From the IMG/VR virus record IMGVR_UViG_3300045988_098930: DNA of 64,000 bases. One strand, 5' to 3'. This document shows, in pieces, positions 10,240 through 18,900 of the stretch. The notes below the pieces were generated by a model, which was given only the letters and a program-made list of their open reading frames with translations, searched no databases and was not told the DNA's origin. How positions within the stretch are numbered: the stretch's first letter is position 1; the number at the start of each line of letters is the position of its first letter. A program made the position numbers and the translations under genes. The stretch is from a virus.

Positions 10240-10951
10240 GATGTTTATGGGCGACCCGTATGTGCTGAATGAGCATATTACGATACGCCAGCCCACATTG
10301 CGTGAGATTATTGATTATGGTGAACGCGACTACTTATCTATGGTATCTTTGTTGACTGCGTATCCGTCCGATATGAAATCAGTGCTTTGGGATATGGGCG
10401 TTGACTATACCAAAGTGACAGATTTTGAAGTCTTTGTTGCCTTTTACCGTTTTCTGACTCCCGATAAAACTTCTATTCTATTTGGAGATTTGAACCTGTC
10501 TGCTTTAACTCCTGACACTAATGCTGTTGGCGAGATGTGCTTAGTCGGGCCAGATGGCACGGTGATTGATTGGAATATTCACCGTATGATTTTTGAGTTT
10601 TTGGCAACTTCTCACATGATGCAAAAGCAGAGAGAAAAACCGGGCAATGAGCGCACCAAACAGGTGCTTATTGATTGGGACAGAGAAGATCGTGAGGCCG
10701 CAGCACGTAAGCCGTATCGGTCTCCATTTGTGTCGTTAATCTCTGCCATGGTAAATAGCGCAGGTTTTAAATACGACCATCAAACAGTGCAGCAACTCAC
10801 CATTTACCAGTTTTATGATGCCGTACAGCGTATTCAGCTTATCAATTCTGCTCAATCGCTATTGTCTGGTATGTACAGTAACCCGTTTATGGACAGCACA
10901 AAAATAGACAAAAAGTATCTGAACTGGCTGGGTGAGTTTCCTAAAACATAA
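10220..10951 (+). CDS. Hypothetical structural protein
   Basis: ORF track 10112..10951. The in-frame ATG at 10220 gives the usual short overlap with the upstream stop. Confidence 0.45.
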   Translation: MPLDTIKMFMGDPYVLNEHITIRQPTLREIIDYGERDYLSMVSLLTAYPSDMKSVLWDMGVDYTKVTDFEVFVAFYRFLTPDKTSILFGDLNLSALTPDTNAVGEMCLVGPDGTVIDWNIHRMIFEFLATSHMMQKQREKPGNERTKQVLIDWDREDREAAARKPYRSPFVSLISAMVNSAGFKYDHQTVQQLTIYQFYDAVQRIQLINSAQSLLSGMYSNPFMDSTKIDKKYLNWLGEFPKT

Positions 10952-10966
10952 ATAAAGGAGAATATA

Positions 10967-11791
10967 ATGAACAAGTCGAGTTTCGTTATTGATAAAATTC
11001 GTCGAGTGCTTTTCTTTGACGGTGCAGATGATGCCGTTCTGTTCAATCTAACCCAGATTGAAGATGTAAGCATGAACGCCACTGTCGACAACAATGAAGT
11101 TCTGGACGCTATGCAGAATGTCATTATGACTATCGAAAAGGCTAAGAACATGGAGATTGCCGGTAATGCGTCCTTCTTCGATATGGCTCTGCTTGGCGCT
11201 CAGTGGGGTAGTGGTGTTGAGGATTCTTCTGCCACCGTTAAGTTCGCTGTGCCTTGTTTTGAAACTTATATCTACAAGGCTGATGCGGCAACGCATGAGC
11301 TGAAGCATGAGATAGCCACCGGCAGTCTGGGTACTGGTATAGCCAAGTATGCTTATAAGCTGAATAAGGATGGTTCTATTGCCAAGAAGTATGAGTACGC
11401 TGCTGATACTGCAACTGCGGATAAGTTTAGCATGGCTACTACTGGCAATAAGACTACCTTCACTCCTCCTACTGGCTCTCAGGATGGTGATATGTTCCTT
11501 ATCGCCTACGAATACGAGGCCAATGAGACTAATAAGGCTTCTCGCGTTGTTGACAATGCCGAGGTATCTGCTAAGTCTGGCCGTCTGATGATAGAGTGCC
11601 TGTTCCGTGACATTTGTAACAAGGAAATCATGTATTATGGTTACGTTGTATGCGATAACGCTCAGGTAGATGGTAATGTAGATGTCTCTCTGACTACCGA
11701 TGGTAAGCACCCCTTCACTATTAAGGCGATGCCTGCTTATTGTGCTGAGGAGAAGAACCTGCTTACCTTCGTCATCCCCGATGTAGCGTAA
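10967..11791 (+). CDS. Putative major tail (tube) protein
   Basis: 274 aa, AAAGGAGAA RBS, last abundant-looking structural gene before the tape-measure region. No sheath-sized gene is present. Confidence 0.5.
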   Translation: MNKSSFVIDKIRRVLFFDGADDAVLFNLTQIEDVSMNATVDNNEVLDAMQNVIMTIEKAKNMEIAGNASFFDMALLGAQWGSGVEDSSATVKFAVPCFETYIYKADAATHELKHEIATGSLGTGIAKYAYKLNKDGSIAKKYEYAADTATADKFSMATTGNKTTFTPPTGSQDGDMFLIAYEYEANETNKASRVVDNAEVSAKSGRLMIECLFRDICNKEIMYYGYVVCDNAQVDGNVDVSLTTDGKHPFTIKAMPAYCAEEKNLLTFVIPDVA

Positions 11792-12102
11792 TGCCGAAGC
11801 TGGAATGTCAGTGGTGCGGCACTGCTTATGATGCTTGTGTCGATTCGGTTAAATTGGGTTCTTGGCGTGCTTCTGCTTGTTGCTCTGAGCACTATCAGGC
11901 GAAGATTATTGCGCTGGACCTGCACGCCGGTAATATTACCGTGGATGAGGCGCGGCAAATGTTTGACGCTCTTGGCGTAGACCCCGCGACTGCGGCTGCG
12001 GTTATTGGGCTGGACAAGTGTGTTGCACCGCTATTAAAACAAACTAATGATAAATTAACACCGCAAGCTGTTAGCCGCAAGGAGAAAAAGCGTAGGCGTT
12101 AA
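11791..12102 (+). CDS. Cys-rich hypothetical protein
   Basis: 103 aa, CQWCG...CCSEH motifs, basic C-terminal tail. ATG overlaps the upstream stop (TAATG). Confidence 0.45.
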   Translation: MPKLECQWCGTAYDACVDSVKLGSWRASACCSEHYQAKIIALDLHAGNITVDEARQMFDALGVDPATAAAVIGLDKCVAPLLKQTNDKLTPQAVSRKEKKRRR

Positions 12103-12108
12103 GATGTT

Positions 12109-12141
12109 AGAGCAATGGATTGACCGCCATTGCTCTTTTTC
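12109..12141 (+). terminator. Rho-independent terminator
   Basis: Perfect 10-bp stem AGAGCAATGG / CCATTGCTCT, 8-nt loop, then TTTTT. Confidence 0.75.
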
Positions 12142-12211
12142 GATTATCACTGTAATGACGTGATAATGGAAGAAGGGCAATGGTGCGGCACTTTGAATGT
12201 ATGTTTTTCTT

Positions 12212-12247
12212 ATAGGGAAGTACATTCACTGTGCTTCCCTATTTTTT
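12212..12247 (+). terminator. Rho-independent terminator (ATAGGGAA-stem family)
   Basis: ATAGGGAAGTACA / TGTGCTTCCCTAT stem (one G.U), loop TTCAC, then TTTTTT. Confidence 0.7.
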
Positions 12248-12261
12248 ACTTGCATGAAAGG

Positions 12262-12519
12262 ATGAAACAAATGTTGACGATGCCTGCCTGTGGCGGCATA
12301 CCATACGATGACGCTGACATGGTGTTCTTGGTTAATAGGAATCAGGTGGTAGCGTATCTGGTAAATGACCCCGCTTTGCATTTGTATGATGTATTTCTGG
12401 GGTATGATAACAAACTTATTTATGTGTTCCGTAAGGCTGACACCAAAGAGCTTTTTCGTAAATGGAAAAACCATGAGCTATCTGTGCCGCATATAGCAGG
12501 TGGTGCTTCATGCGATTGA
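12262..12519 (+). CDS. Hypothetical protein
   Basis: ORF track 12130..12519 would run through a strong terminator. The in-frame ATGs at 12262 and 12271 behind AAAGGA are more plausible. Confidence 0.4.
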   Translation: MKQMLTMPACGGIPYDDADMVFLVNRNQVVAYLVNDPALHLYDVFLGYDNKLIYVFRKADTKELFRKWKNHELSVPHIAGGASCD

Positions 12520-12986
12520 TAGCTACCGATCAGGCTTCTAATGTGTCTGGTGTTGCTGTGTTGGATGATGGTGTGCCAATACATTATGAGGCGATTGATC
12601 TTTCTAAGGATAAAGACCCTGACCATCGCACTAAAGAAATGTTTTTGTCTATTGTAGCCCTATTTGAGCAATATAAACCCGATTACATTGCTGTGGAGGG
12701 CGTACAAAAACAGGCCAACGATAAAACTATGATTATGCTGAGTGGTTTACGCGGTATGCTCATTGGCTGGGCATATTGCCATTGCATACCGATAGTAAGT
12801 CCTATGCCGGTGGAGTGGCGCTGTGTGTTGGGTTATGCACAAGGGCCAAAGGTCAAACGAGAACAGCTAAAAGAACAAAGCGTCAATTATGTGCGAGAAC
12901 GGTTTGGTATTGTCGCTACCGAGGATGAATGTGAAGCCATTTGTATTGGTGTGGCAATGTATTCCCAACTCGCAAATACAAAGTAA
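12510..12986 (+). CDS. ruvC: RuvC-like Holliday junction resolvase
   Basis: 158 aa. Acidic residues sit at RuvC-typical positions (IATDQAS near the N-terminus, AVEGVQ, TEDECEAICIG near the C-terminus). Confidence 0.75.
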   Translation: MRLIATDQASNVSGVAVLDDGVPIHYEAIDLSKDKDPDHRTKEMFLSIVALFEQYKPDYIAVEGVQKQANDKTMIMLSGLRGMLIGWAYCHCIPIVSPMPVEWRCVLGYAQGPKVKREQLKEQSVNYVRERFGIVATEDECEAICIGVAMYSQLANTK

Positions 12987-13004
12987 AGGAGTTTTCCTTC
13001 ATTT

Positions 13005-13631
13005 ATGGCAGATAACGAAGTCAAAGTAGCACTCCCCTCCCCTCTGGAAAATTTGCAGCTCCCCGACCCTGCATTGGTAACGTATTATGACAATGCTATC
13101 AATCATCGGTGTTTCTGGATAGATTATGACATAGACGAGACCTTGTTAGAGTTGGCGCGGAATATTATAGCCATCAATCGACAGGACAATGGCGTGCCTG
13201 TTGAGCAACGCAAGCCGATTGTGATTTGGGTATTTTCTTATGGTGGAGACTTGGATAGCACTTTCAGCTTCTTGGATATTTGTGCGCTCAGTCAAACGCC
13301 CATTATAACCATCAATGCTGGTATTTCTATGTCGGCTGGTCTGTTGATTCTGCTGGCGGGGCATAAGAGGTATTGTCTGCCTCGTTCGCAGGCGCTTATA
13401 CATACAGGTAGTTTGTCGGGCTTGTCTGGCACGTATGAGCAGACTGAGGCGTATATGAACACCTATAAAAAGAGTGTAGAGGTTATGCAGGAATTTGTGC
13501 TGAACCGCACTCGCATTGATAAGAAAGAATTTTCTAAGAAAAAAGCAAAAGACTGGTATTTAAATGCCGCAGAGCAGATTGAAAAAGGTGTTGTAGATGA
13601 GATACTGGATGATTTGTCCAAGGTAATGTAG
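13005..13631 (+). CDS. ClpP-family (S14) serine protease-like protein
   Basis: ClpP-like core GGDLDSTFSFLD...INAGISMSAGLLILLAG...ALIHTGS, with Ser and His in canonical contexts. Confidence 0.7.
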   Translation: MADNEVKVALPSPLENLQLPDPALVTYYDNAINHRCFWIDYDIDETLLELARNIIAINRQDNGVPVEQRKPIVIWVFSYGGDLDSTFSFLDICALSQTPIITINAGISMSAGLLILLAGHKRYCLPRSQALIHTGSLSGLSGTYEQTEAYMNTYKKSVEVMQEFVLNRTRIDKKEFSKKKAKDWYLNAAEQIEKGVVDEILDDLSKVM

Positions 13632-13632
13632 T

Positions 13633-14856
13633 ATGGGTGCTTTTTATGACACTTCTGCTTTGCTCATCGCTCAGGAGCAGGCATTTAATAAGCATTTCTT
13701 CATATCCAGTGTGACGGCGGCAGAACTGGAACATATCAAAACCAGTGATAGCAAGTCTGGCGAACTAAAATATCAGGCGCGTAAATTGGTGCGGTTACTT
13801 GACGAACGTAAAGACGAATATACAGTTGTTGTGGATGATACGGCTGTGCGGGCCGAAGTGGACAAACACTTTATGCCGTTGTCCAACGACAATCTGATAT
13901 TAGCCAGTGCGTGTTTAACATCATGTGAGATTGTATATAGCCAAGACTTGTGTATGCGCTTAATAGGCGCACAGGTGTTTGGGCTGAATATGCAGAGCTT
14001 TGAGCGCGTTGAGGATGATGAGGTTTACACAGGTTATAAACAAGTTGTGATGGCTGAATCGGAATATGCGACGTTCTTGAACCAACTGGATGATAATCGC
14101 TTTGGATGTTTGACAAATGAATATTTAATCTGTTATGCGGATATAGACATGGAAGTACGTGAGTGTTTCCGTTGGACGGGCGACGAATTTGTGCCGGTGT
14201 ATAATAAACAACTGCGTTCGGTGTCTATGGGGGACAAGATTAAGCCCAAAGACGAGTTTCAGCGGTGCGCCATTGATAGTCTGATGAACAATACTGTCAC
14301 CTTTATATCTGGTAAGACGGGTTCTGGTAAGACTTTGTTAGCTCTGACTGCTGCTATGCACCTTGTAGACACTTACAAATATGACCGTGTGGTTATAGCG
14401 AGTAATCCTGTGGCGGTGCGTGGCGTGCAGGCATTAGGTTATTTGCCTGGTACTGTCAATGATAAGCTGTTATCGGGCGCATTAGGCAATATTTTGACCT
14501 CTAAGTTTGGTGATCGGATGCAGGTGGAAATGCTGATTCAGCAGGGCAAGATTCGGTTGCTGGATTTGGCGGCGTGCCGTGGTAGTGAGATTAAGGATAA
14601 TGAAATATTGTTTTTGACCGAGTTTGAGAATGTCACGGTTGATATGGCTAAAATCATACTCAGTCGTGTATCGTCTGGCGCAAAGGTGTTTGTGGACGGC
14701 GACTTTATTTCACAAACTGACAGCCATCTGTTTACCGGGGGCAACAACGGCATGAGGCGGTGCATTCAAGCATTTAAGGGCGACCCGCTATTTGGATATG
14801 TAGACCTGCCAAATATTTGGCGTTCTCGTATTGCAGAACTGACCGAAAAGCTATAA
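13633..14856 (+). CDS. phoH: PIN-domain / PhoH-like ATPase fusion (PhoH2/YlaK-like)
   Basis: N-terminal PIN-like acidic pattern plus a C-terminal P-loop (GKTGSGKTLLAL) and PhoH-type downstream motifs. Confidence 0.75.
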   Translation: MGAFYDTSALLIAQEQAFNKHFFISSVTAAELEHIKTSDSKSGELKYQARKLVRLLDERKDEYTVVVDDTAVRAEVDKHFMPLSNDNLILASACLTSCEIVYSQDLCMRLIGAQVFGLNMQSFERVEDDEVYTGYKQVVMAESEYATFLNQLDDNRFGCLTNEYLICYADIDMEVRECFRWTGDEFVPVYNKQLRSVSMGDKIKPKDEFQRCAIDSLMNNTVTFISGKTGSGKTLLALTAAMHLVDTYKYDRVVIASNPVAVRGVQALGYLPGTVNDKLLSGALGNILTSKFGDRMQVEMLIQQGKIRLLDLAACRGSEIKDNEILFLTEFENVTVDMAKIILSRVSSGAKVFVDGDFISQTDSHLFTGGNNGMRRCIQAFKGDPLFGYVDLPNIWRSRIAELTEKL

Positions 14857-14874
14857 TACCCGACATGGACAAGA

Positions 14875-15525
14875 ATGAAAGGATTAAAAATGTCAAAAAA
14901 TATCAACTTTAAGAAGCAAGATGAATGGGTTGCGGCGAAAGTGCCGCAACCTTTTACTTTCGAGTATGAAGGCGAGACGATTGAGGTTAATCCTGTGTTT
15001 TCGCCTGAACAGTGTATGCGCATGGGGGATGAAATTACTGCCATAGTTGTAGGAGCAGATAGGTATTATCCTGAATTGCGCACTTTTGCTCAACGCTTAT
15101 CGGTGGTTAATGCCATTGTAACTAACATCAAGATAGACAGAGACCATATTCTCCGGCATTGGAATTGGCTGATGTATACGGATTTTTATAACAAGTTGTG
15201 GCAAGCGTGCAGTGAAGATGTGCGGGATTTTATACGCAGTCTGTTTGATGCGGCTGAGGAGCAGATTAAACATTTACTGGATATACAACATAAGAGTGCT
15301 GTGGATTTGCTGATGGAGACCCTTTTAGACAAAGCAAATCAGTGGATGGATAAGCAGATTAGTGGTGTCAATGTGGAGTCTGTGCTGCAAGCTGTGCAAG
15401 ACCTCAAAGAATTAAACCAAGAAGATAAGTTAGTACTGAAGATACTGGAATTTAGAGATAGGAACGGTGGTGACAATGAAACCGTTAGAGGAGAGGTTGG
15501 CGGAATACCTCAAGAAGAATCCTAA
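14875..15525 (+). CDS. Hypothetical protein, tail assembly chaperone candidate
   Basis: 216 aa, two genes upstream of the tape-measure gene. Alternative ATG at 14890 behind AAAGGA. Confidence 0.4.
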   Translation: MKGLKMSKNINFKKQDEWVAAKVPQPFTFEYEGETIEVNPVFSPEQCMRMGDEITAIVVGADRYYPELRTFAQRLSVVNAIVTNIKIDRDHILRHWNWLMYTDFYNKLWQACSEDVRDFIRSLFDAAEEQIKHLLDIQHKSAVDLLMETLLDKANQWMDKQISGVNVESVLQAVQDLKELNQEDKLVLKILEFRDRNGGDNETVRGEVGGIPQEES

Positions 15526-15985
15526 GAAGCTGATGGGCCGTGGTGTTGCACCGCAGGTCCTACAACGGGCAGCAGAGCGTTTTGTGAATATGGCAGAATT
15601 GGCAGCTAATAACGCTATACCGACAACCGGTAGTATTACAGCGGAGGCAAGTGCGGTCAAGATAGATGGTACTACTGCTATGTTTACAGTCGATTATGAC
15701 CACGATACTGCTATGCGTGATAGCTTTTTACCAGACCATAAAAATCCGTATTATTCGAGCGGTCAGGCTGATTTGCTATATTTGTTCAACAATGGATGGG
15801 AGTATGACGATGCAAACGCGCCGTATGGAGAGTGGCGTGGTATGCGCGTTCGCGCCGTTTCGGCTCGTGCAGGATCGCATTTTGTGCAAAAGGTGGCCGA
15901 CTTGATGGAGAAGGCTGTGCCGGGATGCACTGTACAAATTAACCCCGCTTACGGAGTGCGTGAACGAGGGGGTGAGCAAGAATGA
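15476..15985 (+). CDS. Hypothetical protein immediately upstream of the tape-measure gene
   Basis: ORF track 15467..15985. ATG 15476 lies behind GGTGGTG. It overlaps the previous ORF by 50 nt in the +1 frame, and its stop overlaps the tape-measure ATG (ATGA). Confidence 0.45.
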   Translation: MKPLEERLAEYLKKNPKKLMGRGVAPQVLQRAAERFVNMAELAANNAIPTTGSITAEASAVKIDGTTAMFTVDYDHDTAMRDSFLPDHKNPYYSSGQADLLYLFNNGWEYDDANAPYGEWRGMRVRAVSARAGSHFVQKVADLMEKAVPGCTVQINPAYGVRERGGEQE

Positions 15986-18900
15986 GCAATTACGACTTTC
16001 AAGTATTTACTCAATTAGTGCCGAGTGGGGCTACTATTTCTGAGCTACGCAAACAGGTACAAGATTATTTCGACAAAAATGCAATCAAGGTCAAATTTAG
16101 TAATTTTGACCTTAGTGGTGCTGCGTCAGGTACAACTACCAAACAAATTAACGCAACCGCCAATGCGTTGCAAGCGATTAAGCTCTCTCTGCAAGAAATC
16201 AATACGGCGCGGAATAAAATAGTTAAAGCTGGTACTGAGAATACCTCTAACCAAATTCAGGCATACAATAAGCAGATTAAAGATAGTGTTGTTTCTCTTA
16301 AAGAACTAATTAACACGTATGCCAAATTGAATGGTGGTAAGAGCGTTGAGTTCCGAGATTTAACCCCGCTGCTGAACCCTACTGATATTCAAGCGGCGAC
16401 TGATGCTTTACGTAGCTTATTGCAAGGCGCAGGCATGAACGGTGCTGCTGTGGAGACAGTGCTGACATCCTTTAAGAAGGGATGCTGGGATGTGTCGGAG
16501 GCAGCGGCTAAAGCGGCTGATGCGGTGCAGAAAATGCACTCAGAAATGGCGGCTAAAGCGTCTGCGGCCACAGCAAAAACCGGGCAATCTGTTTACGCTA
16601 AATACAATGATATATCTGCGCCGGATATTGCCAATTATACGGTGGATACGACCAAATTGGTGCAAAGTTATCAGGCGGTTAAACAGCAAATTACCGACAT
16701 ACAGACCGTACAAAGTTCCGGTGCTAAAGTTTCGCAAGCACAGTGGCAGTTGTTGATTGATGCTGCACAGCAGTATGAAATCGCTCTCAAAAATGTCAAG
16801 GTCGAACAAAAGGATGCTACGGCAACGCAGAAGAAGGCAGATAAAGAACTGGCCGATTTGGATAAGTTGCAGAACAAACTTATCCAGTTGCAAGCTACTT
16901 TTGGCGAAGGATACTTTAACAACCAAAAAACCATTATTCAGCGTTTAGGTTTGTCGTCTGCCGATGTTACGGACGCTACTGATGCTTTAGCTACATTACG
17001 AGCTACTTATGCCCAATTAGAAGTAGCTATAAGCAGCAATAACGCCGCAGACAAGCAGGCGGCAATCACCAATTTACAAACAGCATATCAGGGGTTTGGA
17101 GCTTCATTAAGGAACCTGCAAACTGCCGCTCGTGAGTTAAACAGTTCGCTTAATGCGGGTATCCAGTTCCAGAGGTTAAAATCTCAGGCACAGGCGTATT
17201 TTGACCAATACGCCACGGGTATACAGCGTAATTCACAGCTCACTAAAGAGTGGCGGGAGCTTATTCAGAAAATTGGTAATGCAGACCAGTGGCAAAACAG
17301 TAATCAAGCTGCCGCTGCATTAGATGACCTTAAACGGCGTAGCCAAGCGGCTGGCGTAGAAGTCACTTCACTCAACAAAAAGTTGCGCGATATGTTTGGT
17401 GACACATTATACGGTTTTGCCGTAGCACAGATTACGTCTGTTGCCGCTAACGCCATTCATCAAGTAGTTACCAATGTTGTCGAATTAGACAAAGCAATGA
17501 CCGACCTTCAGATAGCGTCAGGTTTGAATCGCACACAGGTTCGTGGTTTATTGGAAGACTACGGGCAACTGGCGCAGGCGATTGGTGCTACCACCTTGGA
17601 AGTCGCTGAAGCGGCTGATGGTTGGTTGCGTCAGGGTTACTCTATGCAGGAAACGTCAGAACTGATTAAATCCAGTATGATGTTGTCCAAATTGGGTCAG
17701 ATGAACTCTGATGACGCAACTAAGGCGCTTACCAGTTCGCTCAAGGGTTATCAGTTACAAGCCAGTAGCGCTACTGATGTTGTTAGTAAATTAGTGGCGG
17801 TTGATATGGAAGCCGCTGCTTCTGCTGGTGGGCTGGCAACTGCGATGTCACAAACTGCGACTCTGGCTGATCAAACCGGCATATCTATGGATAGGTTGAT
17901 TGGTATTGTCGCAACCTTGATGGATGTATCCCAGCAGAGCGGAGAAAGTGTCGGTGCAGCCGTCAAGTCCATGCTGGCACGACTTGGCAATATAAAAGCA
18001 GGACGGTTAATTGATCCAGAAACCGGCGAAAGTCTCAGTGACGTCGAAACCGTCTTAAATAATATCGGCGTGAAGTTACGTACCAACGCAACAGATTGGC
18101 GAGATTACCAAGACGTTCTGGATGATGTAGCTGCGAAGTGGGGTAGTTTGAACGAGACCCAGCAACGTGCGGTCGCTGTTGCATTGGGTCAAACCCGTCG
18201 TCAGGAGCAGTTTAACATTTTGATGGCGAACTATGACAAGGTTCGTCAATTCACTGAAACAGCAGCTAATGCTACTGGTACTGCTGAACGTAAATACCTC
18301 AACTACATGGATTCTGTCGAAGCCAAGATTAACACCTTAAAGGCTTCATGGGAATCCCTGTCTCAAACTGTACTTAGCTCAGACTTGATTGTTGGCGGCG
18401 TGCAGTTCCTTTCTCAACTGATACAAGGGTTAGATAAGGTTGTCAGTAAGTTGGGTGCAGTCCCCTCGGTATTAGCTGCGATTAGCCTTGTAGTAAGTAA
18501 GCGCGGCAAGGGCCTGTTCGGTCAAGAGGGATTGTTCACTGCATCCTTGAACAAGAACGGTTTATCTGGCAATTTCTTGGCGCAACACGTCCAGCGTAAT
18601 TTCTTAACCAACAAGGATATATCTCTCTTACATCAGTATAATGAAGCTCTGAGTCAGTCCATAGCGGATGGCAACACGTTAGCAGACGCCCATACAAAGC
18701 TCACAGCAGAGTTGACTAAAGGCTCTGCCGCGTTCCAGCAATATGCTGTGCAGTTGGATGGCACAGGCGACAGCGTAGAGAAAGTCACTGCTAAGGGATT
18801 AAAACTTTCAGATGTGCTGTTAAATGTTGGCAATATGGCGTTAAATATGGCGCTTGGTGCGGCAATTTCGATGGCGATTGGTCTTATCATCAAACGGATT

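Noticed and set aside
12130-12261. The upstream part of ORF 12130..12519.
   Set aside because: It would be translated through a strong hairpin terminator and has no RBS. Internal ATGs at 12262 and 12271 with an RBS are preferred.
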